64,000 nucleotides of DNA, from assembly GCA_003225055.1 (NCBI GenBank), contig QIAU01000167.1, positions 7,259 through 71,258 on the forward strand. Direction: 5' to 3'. Under the pieces are notes generated by a model. The model saw only the letters and a program-made list of their open reading frames with translations. It was not told the origin of the DNA and searched no databases. Made by a program: the position numbers and the translations under genes. Each line of letters starts with the position of its first letter. Position 1 is the stretch's first letter. This document shows, piece after piece, positions 17,984-28,400 of this stretch. Source of the stretch: Acidobacteriota bacterium. GTDB lineage: Bacteria; Acidobacteriota; Terriglobia; Terriglobales; Acidobacteriaceae.

Positions 17984-20161
17984 GTGATGGCAATCGGCTA
18001 CAGCATGAAACCGACGAATCTCAAGACATTGTTCGTGACCGCCGTCGGTGCACTGGCGTGGTTCGGCGTCATCGCGAGCGCTGAACCCGCTCGCGCTGAC
18101 GAGGTGATCCTTCAAGATGCCAGACTGCTCGTCGCCTTCGATCGCAATTCCGGTGCCCTCACGCGCCTCGAAGACAGGGACAGTCACTGGATCGTCGAGC
18201 GTCGGCCGGAACTCGGCGTTTCTTTTCGGCTGCATGCTCCACTGCCTGGCCGGCGCGACAACTTCGTGCTCGGCGAGAAACAGCGAGCCGCCGAGGTCAG
18301 GAAGATCTCCGATCGGCAACTCATGCTGATCTGGAAGAACCTCGCCAGCGAACACGGCGGCGTGCTGCCGATCACGCTCACGGCGACCGTGACCTTGAAC
18401 GATGGTGTACTCACGTTCGATGCCACACTGCAGAATGATTCTGGGTTGAGTGTCGAAACGGTCGATTACCCTTACTTTGGCGACGTGAACCCGCCTACAC
18501 GCGCCGCGCCGATGCAGGTCCGCACCACGTGGTATGGCAACCTCGAGTTCGACGAGATCTATCCACGCTTCCGCAACGAAAAGGGCTACTGGGGTGACTT
18601 CTTTCCGACGAAGACGTTCGAGTCTTACCGCAGCCTGTTTTGCCTCATCCAGGCGCCTGACCAAGGGGTGTACGTCGAGATGGCCGATGCGACGCAGCCC
18701 TACCTGCTGGAGTACACCTTCGAGCAGCGCCCTGGCTGGACCGACTCCGTGCACGAGAACGTTCCACCGAAGGACACGATCGACGGCCATCCCGTCCGCT
18801 TGCAGTTCCGCACGACGCACTTCCTCTTCGCCCATCCGCATTCCACGGCGAAGCTGGCGCCGGTTGTGGTCCGCGCCTATCATGGCGACTGGCACGACGG
18901 AGTTGACCTCTACAAGCAATGGCGCGCGACGTGGTTCAAGCCGCCTCATGCGCCCGCGTGGGTCAACGATGTCCATTCCTGGCTGCAATTGCAGATCAAC
19001 TCTCCCGAGCAGGACTATCGCGTTCGTTACACCGAACTGTTGAAGTACGCCGAGGAGTGCGCGAAAAATGGCGTCCAGGCGATTCAACTGGTGGGCTGGA
19101 ACCGCGGCGGACAGGATGGCGGCGACCCCGCGCAGGATACCGATCCCGGCTTAGGCACCTGGCAGCAGTTGCACGACGCCATCTCGCAAATCCAGGCGCT
19201 CGGCGTAGAGGTCGTTCTCTTCGGCAAGCTGAACTGGGCGGACAAGACCACACTCTGGTACAAGCAAGAGCTCTACAAGTACGCCTCCACCGATCCCTAC
19301 GGTATTCCTTACGAACAGGGCGGCTATAGTTACTACACGCCCACGCAACTGGCCGGCATCAACAATCATCGCCGCGCAGTGATGGACTTTCAGGATCCCA
19401 CTTACCGCGCAATTGCGACGAAGGAATTCCAAAAGCTGCTGGCACTCGGTGCCGCCGGATGGCTGTTCGACGAGAACTGCCACCATGGTCCTGTGAAGTA
19501 CAACTTCGCTGCGGATCACGGCTATGCGGCGCCGGGATTCATCTACGGCGGCGACATGCCAATGGCCGCCCAGCTGCGAGCCGCAGCCGACAAGGTCGAT
19601 CGCGACTTCATCTTCGCCGGCGAAGGCCACCAGGACTGGCTGATGCAGTACTACCCAGTTTCGTACTTTCGCATCAGCGACACTTCCATGCCCGTCGAAC
19701 GCTACATCGACCCGCAAGCGCCGCTGATGGTCGCCGTCACCGGCTTTGACGATCGCGAGAAGCTCAACCTGATCCTCCTGGACCGCTACATCATCAGCTA
19801 CGAGCCCTACAACTTTAAGGGCCACGTTACCGATTTCCCGCTGACGCTCGAGTACGGCAAGAAGATCGACGCCTTGCGGCGAAAATATCGGCAATGGCTG
19901 TGGGACGCGGAGTTCCGTGACACACTCGGCGCGAACGTCACTGCCGACGGCTCGCACCGTTATTCCGTGTTCGTCACGAGGAACGACAAACGCGCAGTGG
20001 TCGTCGTCAACCAGGAGCAGCAGAAGACCATCACCGCGAACGTGCACATCCCGAAGCCGGGCCGCCTCGTCATGGCGAGCCCGGAACAACCGGACGCCCG
20101 GCCTGCTTCCGCCACGCTGACGATACCGCCGCGCTCTGTGGTGGTCGTGATGGAGCAGTGA
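17984..20161 (+). CDS. Secreted hypothetical protein, putative TIM-barrel glycosidase-like fold (unassigned family)
   Basis: 725 aa with an N-terminal signal peptide (AWFGVIASAEPARA) and consistent coding signal. The central QLVGWNRGGQDGG...LFGKLNWADK region resembles a (beta/alpha)8 glycosidase. No confident family call. Confidence 0.55.
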   Translation: MMAIGYSMKPTNLKTLFVTAVGALAWFGVIASAEPARADEVILQDARLLVAFDRNSGALTRLEDRDSHWIVERRPELGVSFRLHAPLPGRRDNFVLGEKQRAAEVRKISDRQLMLIWKNLASEHGGVLPITLTATVTLNDGVLTFDATLQNDSGLSVETVDYPYFGDVNPPTRAAPMQVRTTWYGNLEFDEIYPRFRNEKGYWGDFFPTKTFESYRSLFCLIQAPDQGVYVEMADATQPYLLEYTFEQRPGWTDSVHENVPPKDTIDGHPVRLQFRTTHFLFAHPHSTAKLAPVVVRAYHGDWHDGVDLYKQWRATWFKPPHAPAWVNDVHSWLQLQINSPEQDYRVRYTELLKYAEECAKNGVQAIQLVGWNRGGQDGGDPAQDTDPGLGTWQQLHDAISQIQALGVEVVLFGKLNWADKTTLWYKQELYKYASTDPYGIPYEQGGYSYYTPTQLAGINNHRRAVMDFQDPTYRAIATKEFQKLLALGAAGWLFDENCHHGPVKYNFAADHGYAAPGFIYGGDMPMAAQLRAAADKVDRDFIFAGEGHQDWLMQYYPVSYFRISDTSMPVERYIDPQAPLMVAVTGFDDREKLNLILLDRYIISYEPYNFKGHVTDFPLTLEYGKKIDALRRKYRQWLWDAEFRDTLGANVTADGSHRYSVFVTRNDKRAVVVVNQEQQKTITANVHIPKPGRLVMASPEQPDARPASATLTIPPRSVVVVMEQ

Positions 20162-20379
20162 AGCAGATGGACAGCAATGGAATGCGAACCAGGTTTCCAA
20201 CCGGCCTCTCTTCCCTTCCTCGCCGGCGCGCTCCCGTCGGTGACTCCGTACGTTACGTCAGCCTTCCTCTGGCGCTCACGATCGGATTAATCTTTGGATT
20301 GCTCTTCGCGCACCCGTTCCCTGGCGAGAGCAAGCGGCTCACCAGGTTGCGGCGGGCCGCGATGACCTGGTGCAGCTGA
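20158..20379 (+). CDS. Possible small membrane protein (73 aa), uncertain
   Basis: GTG start overlaps the upstream TGA (GTGA). One predicted TM helix (LPLALTIGLIFGLLFAHPF). Its codon third positions coincide with those of an antiparallel 82-aa ORF (20253..20501), so coding strand cannot be resolved from composition. Confidence 0.25.
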   Translation: MKQMDSNGMRTRFPTGLSSLPRRRAPVGDSVRYVSLPLALTIGLIFGLLFAHPFPGESKRLTRLRRAAMTWCS

Positions 20380-20562
20380 ACCCAAAGCGCGCGAGGCACG
20401 GGCAGTTCTTGACCGACGTCGAAGTGCAGATGAAGCTGGTCGAGAGCGTCGCCTGTCGCGAAGTCGGTTCCGATGTAACCGAAGGAGTCATTCGTGAGCA
20501 AAGAACGATCAAAGAGCAGTCAATGGGCCTTCAAAGCGCAAGCCGCTTTGCGATTCTTGCAT

Positions 20563-20592
20563 TGACATACCTCTACTTCTAGGCCTACGATT
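20563..20592 (+). promoter_or_regulatory. Candidate promoter TTGACA-18-TACGAT upstream of the PadR gene, preceded by a hairpin (20529-20551)
   Basis: TTGACA at 20563-20568 and TACGAT 18 nt downstream. The stem CAAAGCG/CGCTTTG just upstream could terminate the preceding transcript. Confidence 0.3.
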
Positions 20593-20623
20593 ACCAGGCT
20601 AAGTTGTCTAGGAGTGCGCGCAA

Positions 20624-20950
20624 ATGTCAAGAAACGATTTGCAGGGAAGCCTCGACCTGCTGGTTCTGAAGACGCTATCGCAGATGGGAGAATTGCACGG
20701 TTACGGAGTCGTGCTCCACATCCAGAGGGCGTCCGATGAACTGCTGTCTGTCGAGGAGGGATCGCTCTATCCCGCCCTGCACCGCATGGAGCAGAGCGGA
20801 TGGATCCGCTCGGAATGGAAAGTGACGGAGACCAATCGGGAGGCAAGATATTACCGGCTGACGGGCGCCGGCCACAAGGAGTTGCTGAAGGCTGAAAAAA
20901 GCTTTGAACGGCTCGTCAAAGGGATCCGTGCCGTCTTGCGGTACGCGTGA
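20624..20950 (+). CDS. PadR-family transcriptional regulator
   Basis: 108 aa. Winged-helix PadR signature LDLLVLKTLSQMGELHGYGV...EEGSLYPALHRMEQSGWI. Confidence 0.85.
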   Translation: MSRNDLQGSLDLLVLKTLSQMGELHGYGVVLHIQRASDELLSVEEGSLYPALHRMEQSGWIRSEWKVTETNREARYYRLTGAGHKELLKAEKSFERLVKGIRAVLRYA

Positions 20951-20958
20951 GCAGAGCT

Positions 20959-23598
20959 ATGTCGATCCTTTGCCGCATTGTCAATTCGTTCCACCGCTCG
21001 AAAGTGGAGCAGGAAATCGATCGTGAACTCAAATCACATCTGGAAATGCGCATTGCGGACAATGTTGCCGCCGGAATGTCCGCCGCAGAGGCTCGCCGCG
21101 ATGCACTCATTCGTTTCGGCAATCGATCTCTGATCAGAGAGGCAGTAACGGCTGCTGATGCGCAGCTGACTTTCGATGAGCTCTGGCATGAAGTGCGGTA
21201 CGCGGTGCGGCAGCTGCGCAGGTCACCGACCTTCACGACGACTGCACTGATTACCCTCATCGTGGGAATTGGTACGAACGTGATCGTGTTCAGCGTCCTG
21301 AATGCCCTGCTTCTCAGACCCCTGGACGTGCCCGAACCCACTGGCCTCTACAACGTGGTGCACCAAACGCTCGGGTATGACAATCAGTCGTATCCCGATT
21401 TCGTGGATTTTCAGACCAAAAACTCAACCTTCACTGACATGGCCGCATACCGGCTGCAGGACGCGGGCTTGACCGCAGGAAATGCCGCTTACAAATGCTG
21501 GTACTACAGAGTCTCCGGGAACTACTTCGACATGCTGGGAGTACAACCTGAGTACGGCCGAGTTTTTCATGCGACCGATGAACGCGGGCCGAACTCCGCT
21601 CCCTACATCGTCTTGAGTCATGGTCTTTGGGTGAGTGATTTCGATTCGGATCCGCGCATCATTGGCACCACGGTCCATATAAACAAGCACCCGTTCACGG
21701 TGATCGGAATAGCCCCAAGCGGGTTTCATGGCACGGACGTGTTCATCTGGCCTGACTTCTGGATGCCAATGGTCGACAGCCCGGATGACGAGGGCGCCGG
21801 CTTTCTGTCGAATCGTGCGATGCACAACATCTGGATCTTGGGAAAGCTGAAGCCCGGCGTCAGCCCACCGCAAGCCGCCGAAAATCTCAACACCATCGCA
21901 CGCGAACTGGCGCGCCAGTATCCTGCGACCGATGATGACCTAAGCGCGAGACTGGTAAAACCCGGATTGATGGGCGACATGTTCGGTGACCCCGCTCGAT
22001 CATTCCTCGGCGGCATCATGGTTTTGGCATTGCTTGTGTTGCTTGCGGCCTGTGCGAACCTCGCAAGCCTTTTTGCGGCGCGTACGGCCGATCGCAGTCG
22101 CGAGTTGGCTATTCGGCTTGCAATTGGCTCCAGCCGGTGGCATGTCCTCCGACAATTGCTGGCCGAAGCCGTCCTCATTTCTCTTCTTGGCGGCGTGCTG
22201 GGAACGATCTTTTCTGCCGCTTTGCTGGGAAGCCTGACGCGTTGGCAGCCCTTCCCGGAGTTTCCGATCCATGTCGCACTCAGCCCGGATGCAACGGTCT
22301 ACTTTGTGGCTCTGCTCCTGTCGGTAGGAAGCGGAATTCTCTGGGGCTTAGTTCCAATGCGGCAGGTCTGGACCACAGATTCCATGCAGATTATGAAGAG
22401 CAGCGCGGCAGGCACTATGGTCTTTCGTCGCTTCGCTTTGCGCGATCTTCTCCTGTTCATTCAGATTACGCTCTGCACCTTGTTGGTGACGTCCTCGTTT
22501 GTAGCTTTGCGCGGGATGCAACGCTCTCTGCGTGCACCACTCGGCTTTCAGCCGCAGAGTGTGGTCCTGGCCCAAACCGATTTGCACATGGGCGGATATT
22601 CCGATAATTCCTCCACGCGGATTCAAAACCGCATGCTGCAGGAGGTTAGCGGCATTCCGAGCGTTACCGCTGTGGGGATCATCAATGAGACGCCGCTCGG
22701 CACCGGTGGAAGCAGCACGCGGGTTTACCGGCTCGGAACAACCGATTTCCGGAGCTCAAATAGCGCATTTGGAGCCAAGTATTTCTCGATTTCACCCGGC
22801 TACCTGAAAGCGGCTGGCACTCATTTGTTGACGGGGCGCGACTTCACTTGGTACGACGATGCCAACACTCCAAAAGTCGCGATCATAAACGACAGCTTCG
22901 CCCGTGCCATGTTTGGAAAGACATCCGCGCTCGGACTTCGGTTTGTGATGGCGGACAAGGTTTCTTATGAGATTGTCGGTGTCGTCGAAAACGGTAAGTA
23001 TGATTCGCTCACCGAATCGCCTTGGGCGGCGATGTTCTTCCCCCTCGGGCAGAATCCCGATAGTGATACATCATTGGTGGTTCGATCACAGTTGTCACCA
23101 GGAGAAATCGTACCTGAGCTCCGCCAAGTGCTTACGGAAATCGATCCAAGCTTGCCCTTTACCTTCCACAGCTGGCCCGACGCGTTGGCATTCGTGTTGT
23201 TTCCCGCACGCGTGGCGACAGCAACCCTGGGGGTCATGGGGTTCTTGGCAGCGATGCTTGCCGTCACCGGGGTTTTTGGCATAGCGATGTATTCGGTCTC
23301 GAAGCGGATCAAGGAGTTTGGCATCCGCGTGGCCTTGGGAGCACAGCCGGTTCAGCTCATGCGTTCTGCGCTGAGCCGCCCGCTCACTCTGCTGCTCTGT
23401 GGTTCAGCCGCCGGCTTGCTTCTGGGCGCGATTGCGAGCAAATTGTTGGCACAAATCGTGTATCAGGCCACGTCACGTGATCCGTTGGTTTTTGGTGCAG
23501 TGATAGCAACAATGGCCATATTAGGATTGCTTGCGACCTGGATTCCCGCACATCGAGTCTTGCGCACTCAGCCAGCAGGTTTGCTCAGAGAAGAGTGA
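20959..23598 (+). CDS. ABC transporter permease, FtsX/MacB-like with periplasmic core domains (ADOP-type duplicated permease)
   Basis: About 880 aa. N-terminal MacB-like periplasmic domain followed by two FtsX 4-TM modules. Immediately follows PadR, the characteristic acidobacterial PadR-ADOP pairing. ATG at 20959 is 9 nt past the PadR stop. Confidence 0.85.
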   Translation: MSILCRIVNSFHRSKVEQEIDRELKSHLEMRIADNVAAGMSAAEARRDALIRFGNRSLIREAVTAADAQLTFDELWHEVRYAVRQLRRSPTFTTTALITLIVGIGTNVIVFSVLNALLLRPLDVPEPTGLYNVVHQTLGYDNQSYPDFVDFQTKNSTFTDMAAYRLQDAGLTAGNAAYKCWYYRVSGNYFDMLGVQPEYGRVFHATDERGPNSAPYIVLSHGLWVSDFDSDPRIIGTTVHINKHPFTVIGIAPSGFHGTDVFIWPDFWMPMVDSPDDEGAGFLSNRAMHNIWILGKLKPGVSPPQAAENLNTIARELARQYPATDDDLSARLVKPGLMGDMFGDPARSFLGGIMVLALLVLLAACANLASLFAARTADRSRELAIRLAIGSSRWHVLRQLLAEAVLISLLGGVLGTIFSAALLGSLTRWQPFPEFPIHVALSPDATVYFVALLLSVGSGILWGLVPMRQVWTTDSMQIMKSSAAGTMVFRRFALRDLLLFIQITLCTLLVTSSFVALRGMQRSLRAPLGFQPQSVVLAQTDLHMGGYSDNSSTRIQNRMLQEVSGIPSVTAVGIINETPLGTGGSSTRVYRLGTTDFRSSNSAFGAKYFSISPGYLKAAGTHLLTGRDFTWYDDANTPKVAIINDSFARAMFGKTSALGLRFVMADKVSYEIVGVVENGKYDSLTESPWAAMFFPLGQNPDSDTSLVVRSQLSPGEIVPELRQVLTEIDPSLPFTFHSWPDALAFVLFPARVATATLGVMGFLAAMLAVTGVFGIAMYSVSKRIKEFGIRVALGAQPVQLMRSALSRPLTLLLCGSAAGLLLGAIASKLLAQIVYQATSRDPLVFGAVIATMAILGLLATWIPAHRVLRTQPAGLLREE

Positions 23599-23873
23599 CG
23601 AACGGTTGCGTCCGATTCCGGCTGTCGAGCGTGCGGTTGCTCTTCCCAACGGCGTTACTCGCGGGCAAGGTGGCCTGAACTGGCCTGCTGGCCTGCGCCA
23701 CGTCGGACATGGGATAACTTTCGGATAGCCGTCATCCGCCGCAATCTTGAGCGGCGTCGCGCAGCGGCTACGGAGGTCACTTCAACGAATAGCTGACGAT
23801 TCAGTCGAATGGTAGCGAAGGATGGCTTCTGAGTAGCCGACCATCCGCTCAGAGCCTCGGTTTTCCTGCTTCC

Positions 23874-24085
23874 TTAGCCGCTTCCACACGAATTCAAGAG
23901 TTTGTAGCACTCCACCCCTCAAGATCGGCGGCGTTCGCGGCGTGAGACGGCCGTTCTGGAGCTTCACAGAGCCGGGTGACGGCCTCGGTGAGCGCCAGCG
24001 CCGCGCGTTCGGCATCGGTGAAGTAGAGTACCTCGCCAGGCCGACACTGCGAAGATACGCTCATCGTTTCGCGGAGGCCCCCTCC
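23874..24085 (-). repeat. Direct-repeat copy 1 (~212 bp) encoding a conserved 55-aa AhpD/CMD-like C-terminal peptide
   Basis: About 97% identical to 52810-53015, with 4 substitutions, a 9-bp in-frame indel and 2 small indels. The minus strand encodes MSVSSQCRPGEVLYFTDAERAALALTEAVTRLCEAPERPSHAANAADLEGWSATNS followed by a stop. Confidence 0.8.
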
Positions 24086-24307
24086 TGGGGTTTTCTGCGT
24101 CCATGCAAATGCTGTGTGTTTGGTCTTACGAGCTGGGGGCAAGGGACGGGAAACTGATAGGAACACCGCTGGGAATGAGAAAGCGCGGCCAGCCCAGTAA
24201 GTGCATGCGCAACTCCCCGAACAGGAAGCGATGCGCTGCCATCCAACCCATCGCTTCGAGCATCTGCAAGGCACGGGTAACGAAGTCCGGCGCGGTCACC
24301 ACTGCCG

Positions 24308-24742
24308 TCAAGCTGGCGCCAAGGCGGCGCATAAACCTGCCGCTTGTTGACGAAAGCGCCGTACCCAGAACTGCCCGCGCTGATAGGGCATGCTGGGCTG
24401 AAAAGCTGCCTGCGCTGATTCTCGTAAGCTGCGTCCGACGAGCAGACGAGAGACCAAAAACAAGCCGATGATGATGATGCTGTGACGCAGATAAGGCAAG
24501 ACGAAGTCGGGCAAGAGAGAAACCGTACGCCGGCAGAGGCGGCATAAGTAGCGACGGACCGGGATCGAATCATCGAATTCCACGTGCACAATCGTGCGGT
24601 AGTAAAAGCCGTGCGCCAGCAAGCAGCACCGGGCTTGGCACATAGGGCACCGATCCGGACGATAACGATCGGCCGCCGAACTTTCCTTGATGTCGCACAA
24701 ATACTGCTGGATGGAGCCGACAGTGCGGTGTAGGATTTGCAT
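24308..24742 (-). mobile_element. IS1595-family (ISXO2-like) transposase, N-terminal zinc-ribbon/HTH fragment (truncated)
   Basis: CPMCQ...RRYLCRLCRRTVSLLPDFVLPYLRHSIIIIGLFLVS matches the Zn_Tnp_IS1595 N-terminus (C-x2-C ... RxYxCxxCR). No DDE domain follows. A GGAGGG Shine-Dalgarno sits 9 nt upstream of the ATG at 24742. Confidence 0.6.
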
Positions 24743-24752
24743 TGAGGGACCT

Positions 24753-24815
24753 CCCTCCGGGAGTTCGTCGCTCCCGTGATTTGGTTTTCGCCGGAGGGCT
24801 CAACACCCTCCGGCG
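24753..24815 (-). promoter_or_regulatory. Alternative-hairpin leader in front of the IS1595 transposase fragment
   Basis: Three elements: CCCTCCGG (24753-24760), CCGGAGGG (24791-24798) and CCCTCCGG (24806-24813). The middle one can pair with either flank, with a perfect 10-bp stem at 24789-24815. The first element is the complement of the transposase Shine-Dalgarno. Confidence 0.4.
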
Positions 24816-25438
24816 TGTCCTCGAAATCCTACAACGACCGTTCAAGCCTGGCACGCAAGTATCCCGCGCACTTTCTTGGGAGTCCTCACATTTGCTTTTA
24901 CTTATCTCTCGCGGTAGTTGAATTCAGGCAGAAACTAATCAGGAGAAAATAGGGGGCTGGCGGAGTAGAAAAGCGCGAGGCGTTACAGAATATAGAAATG
25001 TCCCCTTGGACTGAGACCTCCAGCTATGAGGAGGACGGTTGAAGAGGACAGCCATGAGCAGTCGTGAGCCGGAGCGGGTGGAAGGCAGGAGTAGGAGCAG
25101 GAGGTGGGGAGTGGAAGCTGGCAATCCCCCCGTGATGCTCGAGCTGAGGTACTGTCAGGTGAAAAAGACCGTGGTAGCGGTGTGAGCAGAGGACAATGAA
25201 GGGTCAAAGCATGGGGGATGCCCCGCCGGGCCTCGAATCCCAGCAAGCTGTTGAAATTTCGACCGCTTGTCTTAAGCTTCACTCAAAGGGGAACGCCTCT
25301 AAACCATCCTTGACAATATAGACAGTGTGCACAAACCTTTTAGATTGACAACCCGGCATAACAGGATCAGAGTATGGCCCGCCATTGTTTCGGCCTTTTG
25401 CAGTAAAACGTTTCAATTTCGATTTCGGGGGTGTCCAC

Positions 25439-28400
25439 ATGAAACGTTTACCACCTCGGCTTTCGCGACGGGCCCGAATTTGTGCTTACCTTATTTCTAT
25501 TTCCGTGCCCTTGCTCCTCCTTGCCCAGGCTGAGGCACAGCTTTACACAGGATCAATAACCGGTTTGGTTCAGGACCCATCCGGCGCCGTCGTTCCGCGG
25601 GCTTCGGTAGTTCTAACCGACGTTGATAAGGCCGTCAAATATTCGACGACGACCGACTCATCGGGCCGGTATGTACTGCTTGCCCTGCCGCCCAGCACCT
25701 ATAACATGCGAGTGGAGGCCCCTGGGTTTCGTACTGCGGTTCAAAGCGGCATCATCATTGTGGTTAATCAGAACCTGACTCTGAACGTGCCGCTGCAGGT
25801 AGGCAAAACCAGCGAGACGATCGAGGTTACCGGGCAAGCCCCTGTTCTAGCGACCGAGGACGCAGTCACTGGACAGAATCTCGATCGAAAGGTCATCAAT
25901 GATCTTCCCTTGGTCGGGAGGTCGGTCTTCGATCTGGCGCTGTTGACGCCTGGAGTCACTCAACCCGCCGGGAACACGTTCGGCCCCAATACCATGGCCA
26001 ATAACTTCATCTCCGACGGGGGCCGCAATGCCCAAGCCGACATCCTCATAGATGGGGTAAGCACGGTCGGGGTGGAGCAGAACACCGCTATCGTGAATCC
26101 TCTGTACACGCCCTCTGTAGATGCTGTCCAGGAATTCAAAGTGCAGCAGTCGAACTTCAGCGCCGAAGTCGGCTTCACTGCAGGCACAGTGGTTAATGTC
26201 GTCTCCCGGTCTGGAACCAACAATTTCCATGGAAGCCTCTATGAATTCCTGCGCAATGACAAGTTGAATGCCAATAACTACTTTAATGATCAGGCTCACA
26301 TACCCATTGCACCCATCCGCTGGAACGAGTTCGGTGGCACGGTGGGTGGCCCGATCATAAGAAACCGTACCTTCTTCTTCTTTGACTACGAGGGAAGCCG
26401 CGAAAGCGCATCGGTGACGAAAGACGCCGGTGTGCCCAGCGTTGCGGAGCGCGCAGGAGACTTCGGCGAACTGTGCGGCTATGCGGGCGGCACTTTCGAC
26501 TCCACCGGTATGTGTTCTGCGGCCGCTGGCCAGATATGGGATCCATACTCTGGGGTTTTCAAACCCGACAAGGGCGGCCCGGTGCGGTCGACCCCCATCC
26601 CGTATGACAACCTAGCGACCTATACAAGTCAGGGGAATACAAATATCGCCGCACTTCACCCGATACCTAATGGGCCCGGCAACATCATCGATCCCGTGGC
26701 TTTTAAGATGATCCAGTTGTATCCCCTGCCGAATTTGAACGTGGGCACGAGTTCCTATAACAACCTGCACAACTGGGTTGGGACCGGTGCAGACAAGAAC
26801 CGGAACGATCAATTTGATATAAAAATTGACCACCAGTTCAGCGCGGCCAGCACGCTTAGCGCCAAATTCTCGTATCAGAGTGGCTACAACAAGCCGGCCA
26901 ACCTGTTCGGGAATGTGGGCGATGCATACTCCTCTGGATTTTCCAACGGAAGCGCCAAGTTGCTGGCGCTCAATTTCACACACACATTTAGTCCGAAGAC
27001 GCTACTAACGGTGTCGCTAGGCCTGACACGTCAGCATTCGTTTGACCACGGTGGCTCAGCGGCCGATTTCCCAAATTTTGATCCAGTCAAGGATCTCGGA
27101 ATGCCCAGTTACATTGAGGCGAACGGGATCAAAGCCGCGCCGTCCGTCAGCGTATACGGCGGTTATGGAATGGAAGGTGGCAATAACTCCATCGGCACGC
27201 AAGCCTGGACCTACCTGAAATACGCTCAGGAAACCCATCACCTGATTGGCAGCCTGAGCCACACAACTGGCCGCCATGAACTAAAGTTTGGTGTTGAAGG
27301 CCGGTTGCACCGCGTGAACATTTTCTTCCCGGGAGTTCCCGCTGGCACTTATTCGTTCGATGTCAACAGCACGTCGCAGGCGCCTTGGGACGGCAGCGGC
27401 GACGCCATGGCCGGCTTTATGATCGGTGCCGGAGGACCTAGCAACTGGGGAGCTTACGAAATGGACTACGCGGCCGCCACCCACAACTGGAATGTCGGGA
27501 GCTTCGTTCAGGACAACTGGCGGGCCACGGACAAGTTAACCTTGAACATTGGCCTGCGCTATGACCTTGATCTGCCGAGGACGGAACGCTACAACCGCAT
27601 TAGCCGGCTTGATCTGACGTCTCCGTCGCCTCTTCAAGTCCCTGGAATGGGCCCGCTTAAGGGTGGATTACAGTTTGCCAACAATAACCAGCCAAGGCCG
27701 TACGACATTAACTACCATGGCTGGGGACCGCGATTTGGGTTTGCTTACAAACTGAGGTCGACTACTGTAGTTCGCGGCGGCTACGGAATTTATTACACCC
27801 AGAACAAGGGAGCGGCGGCTGGGACGGGCATCAGTGATCAGGGCTTCGTCGAACAGACAAACTGGCTCAACACTTATCACAACGATGGCGCCACGCCGTG
27901 GAGCTTCCTGAGTGATCCCTTTCACGGCGGCCCCAGGCCGCCAACCGGCTCCAGCTTGGGACTCCTGACCGATATCGGCTTCAATATCGCAGGACCTATT
28001 CGCACCCGAAATGCGCGGCCTTATGAGCAGACGTGGAGTTTCGGACTTCAGCACCAATTGCCCGCTCGTATTGTCGTCGAAGGTAACTATGTGGGTAAAA
28101 AAGGTACTCACCTGTATTTTGGAAATGCCGGTAGTGTCGACATACTCAGTCAGGCACAAGCTGCGGCCTACGCCCAGAATCCTGGGTACTACAACGCCCC
28201 CGTTCGGAACCCCTTCTCTGGAATCGTCACCGATCCAAACAGCGGGCTGTATGGGTTCTCCTCTCCGGATTGTCCTTCAACGTCCTGCGTACAACGCTGG
28301 ACGTTAATGACGCCGTACCCACAGTTCACGAGCATAACCGCAACTGACCCGCCCTGGGCCAGCTCGATCTATCACGCGCTGCAATTACGAGCCGAGAAAC

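Noticed and set aside
23894-24274. 126-aa minus ORF as a full CMD-family gene
   Set aside because: Only the last ~55 aa are protein-like and shared with copy 2. The N-terminal 70 aa are Cys/Arg/Trp-rich junk that differs between copies, so only the short conserved segment is reported.
24939-25330. Possible CRISPR or tandem-repeat array in the purine-rich tract
   Set aside because: No regularly spaced direct repeats or spacers. Only compositional bias.
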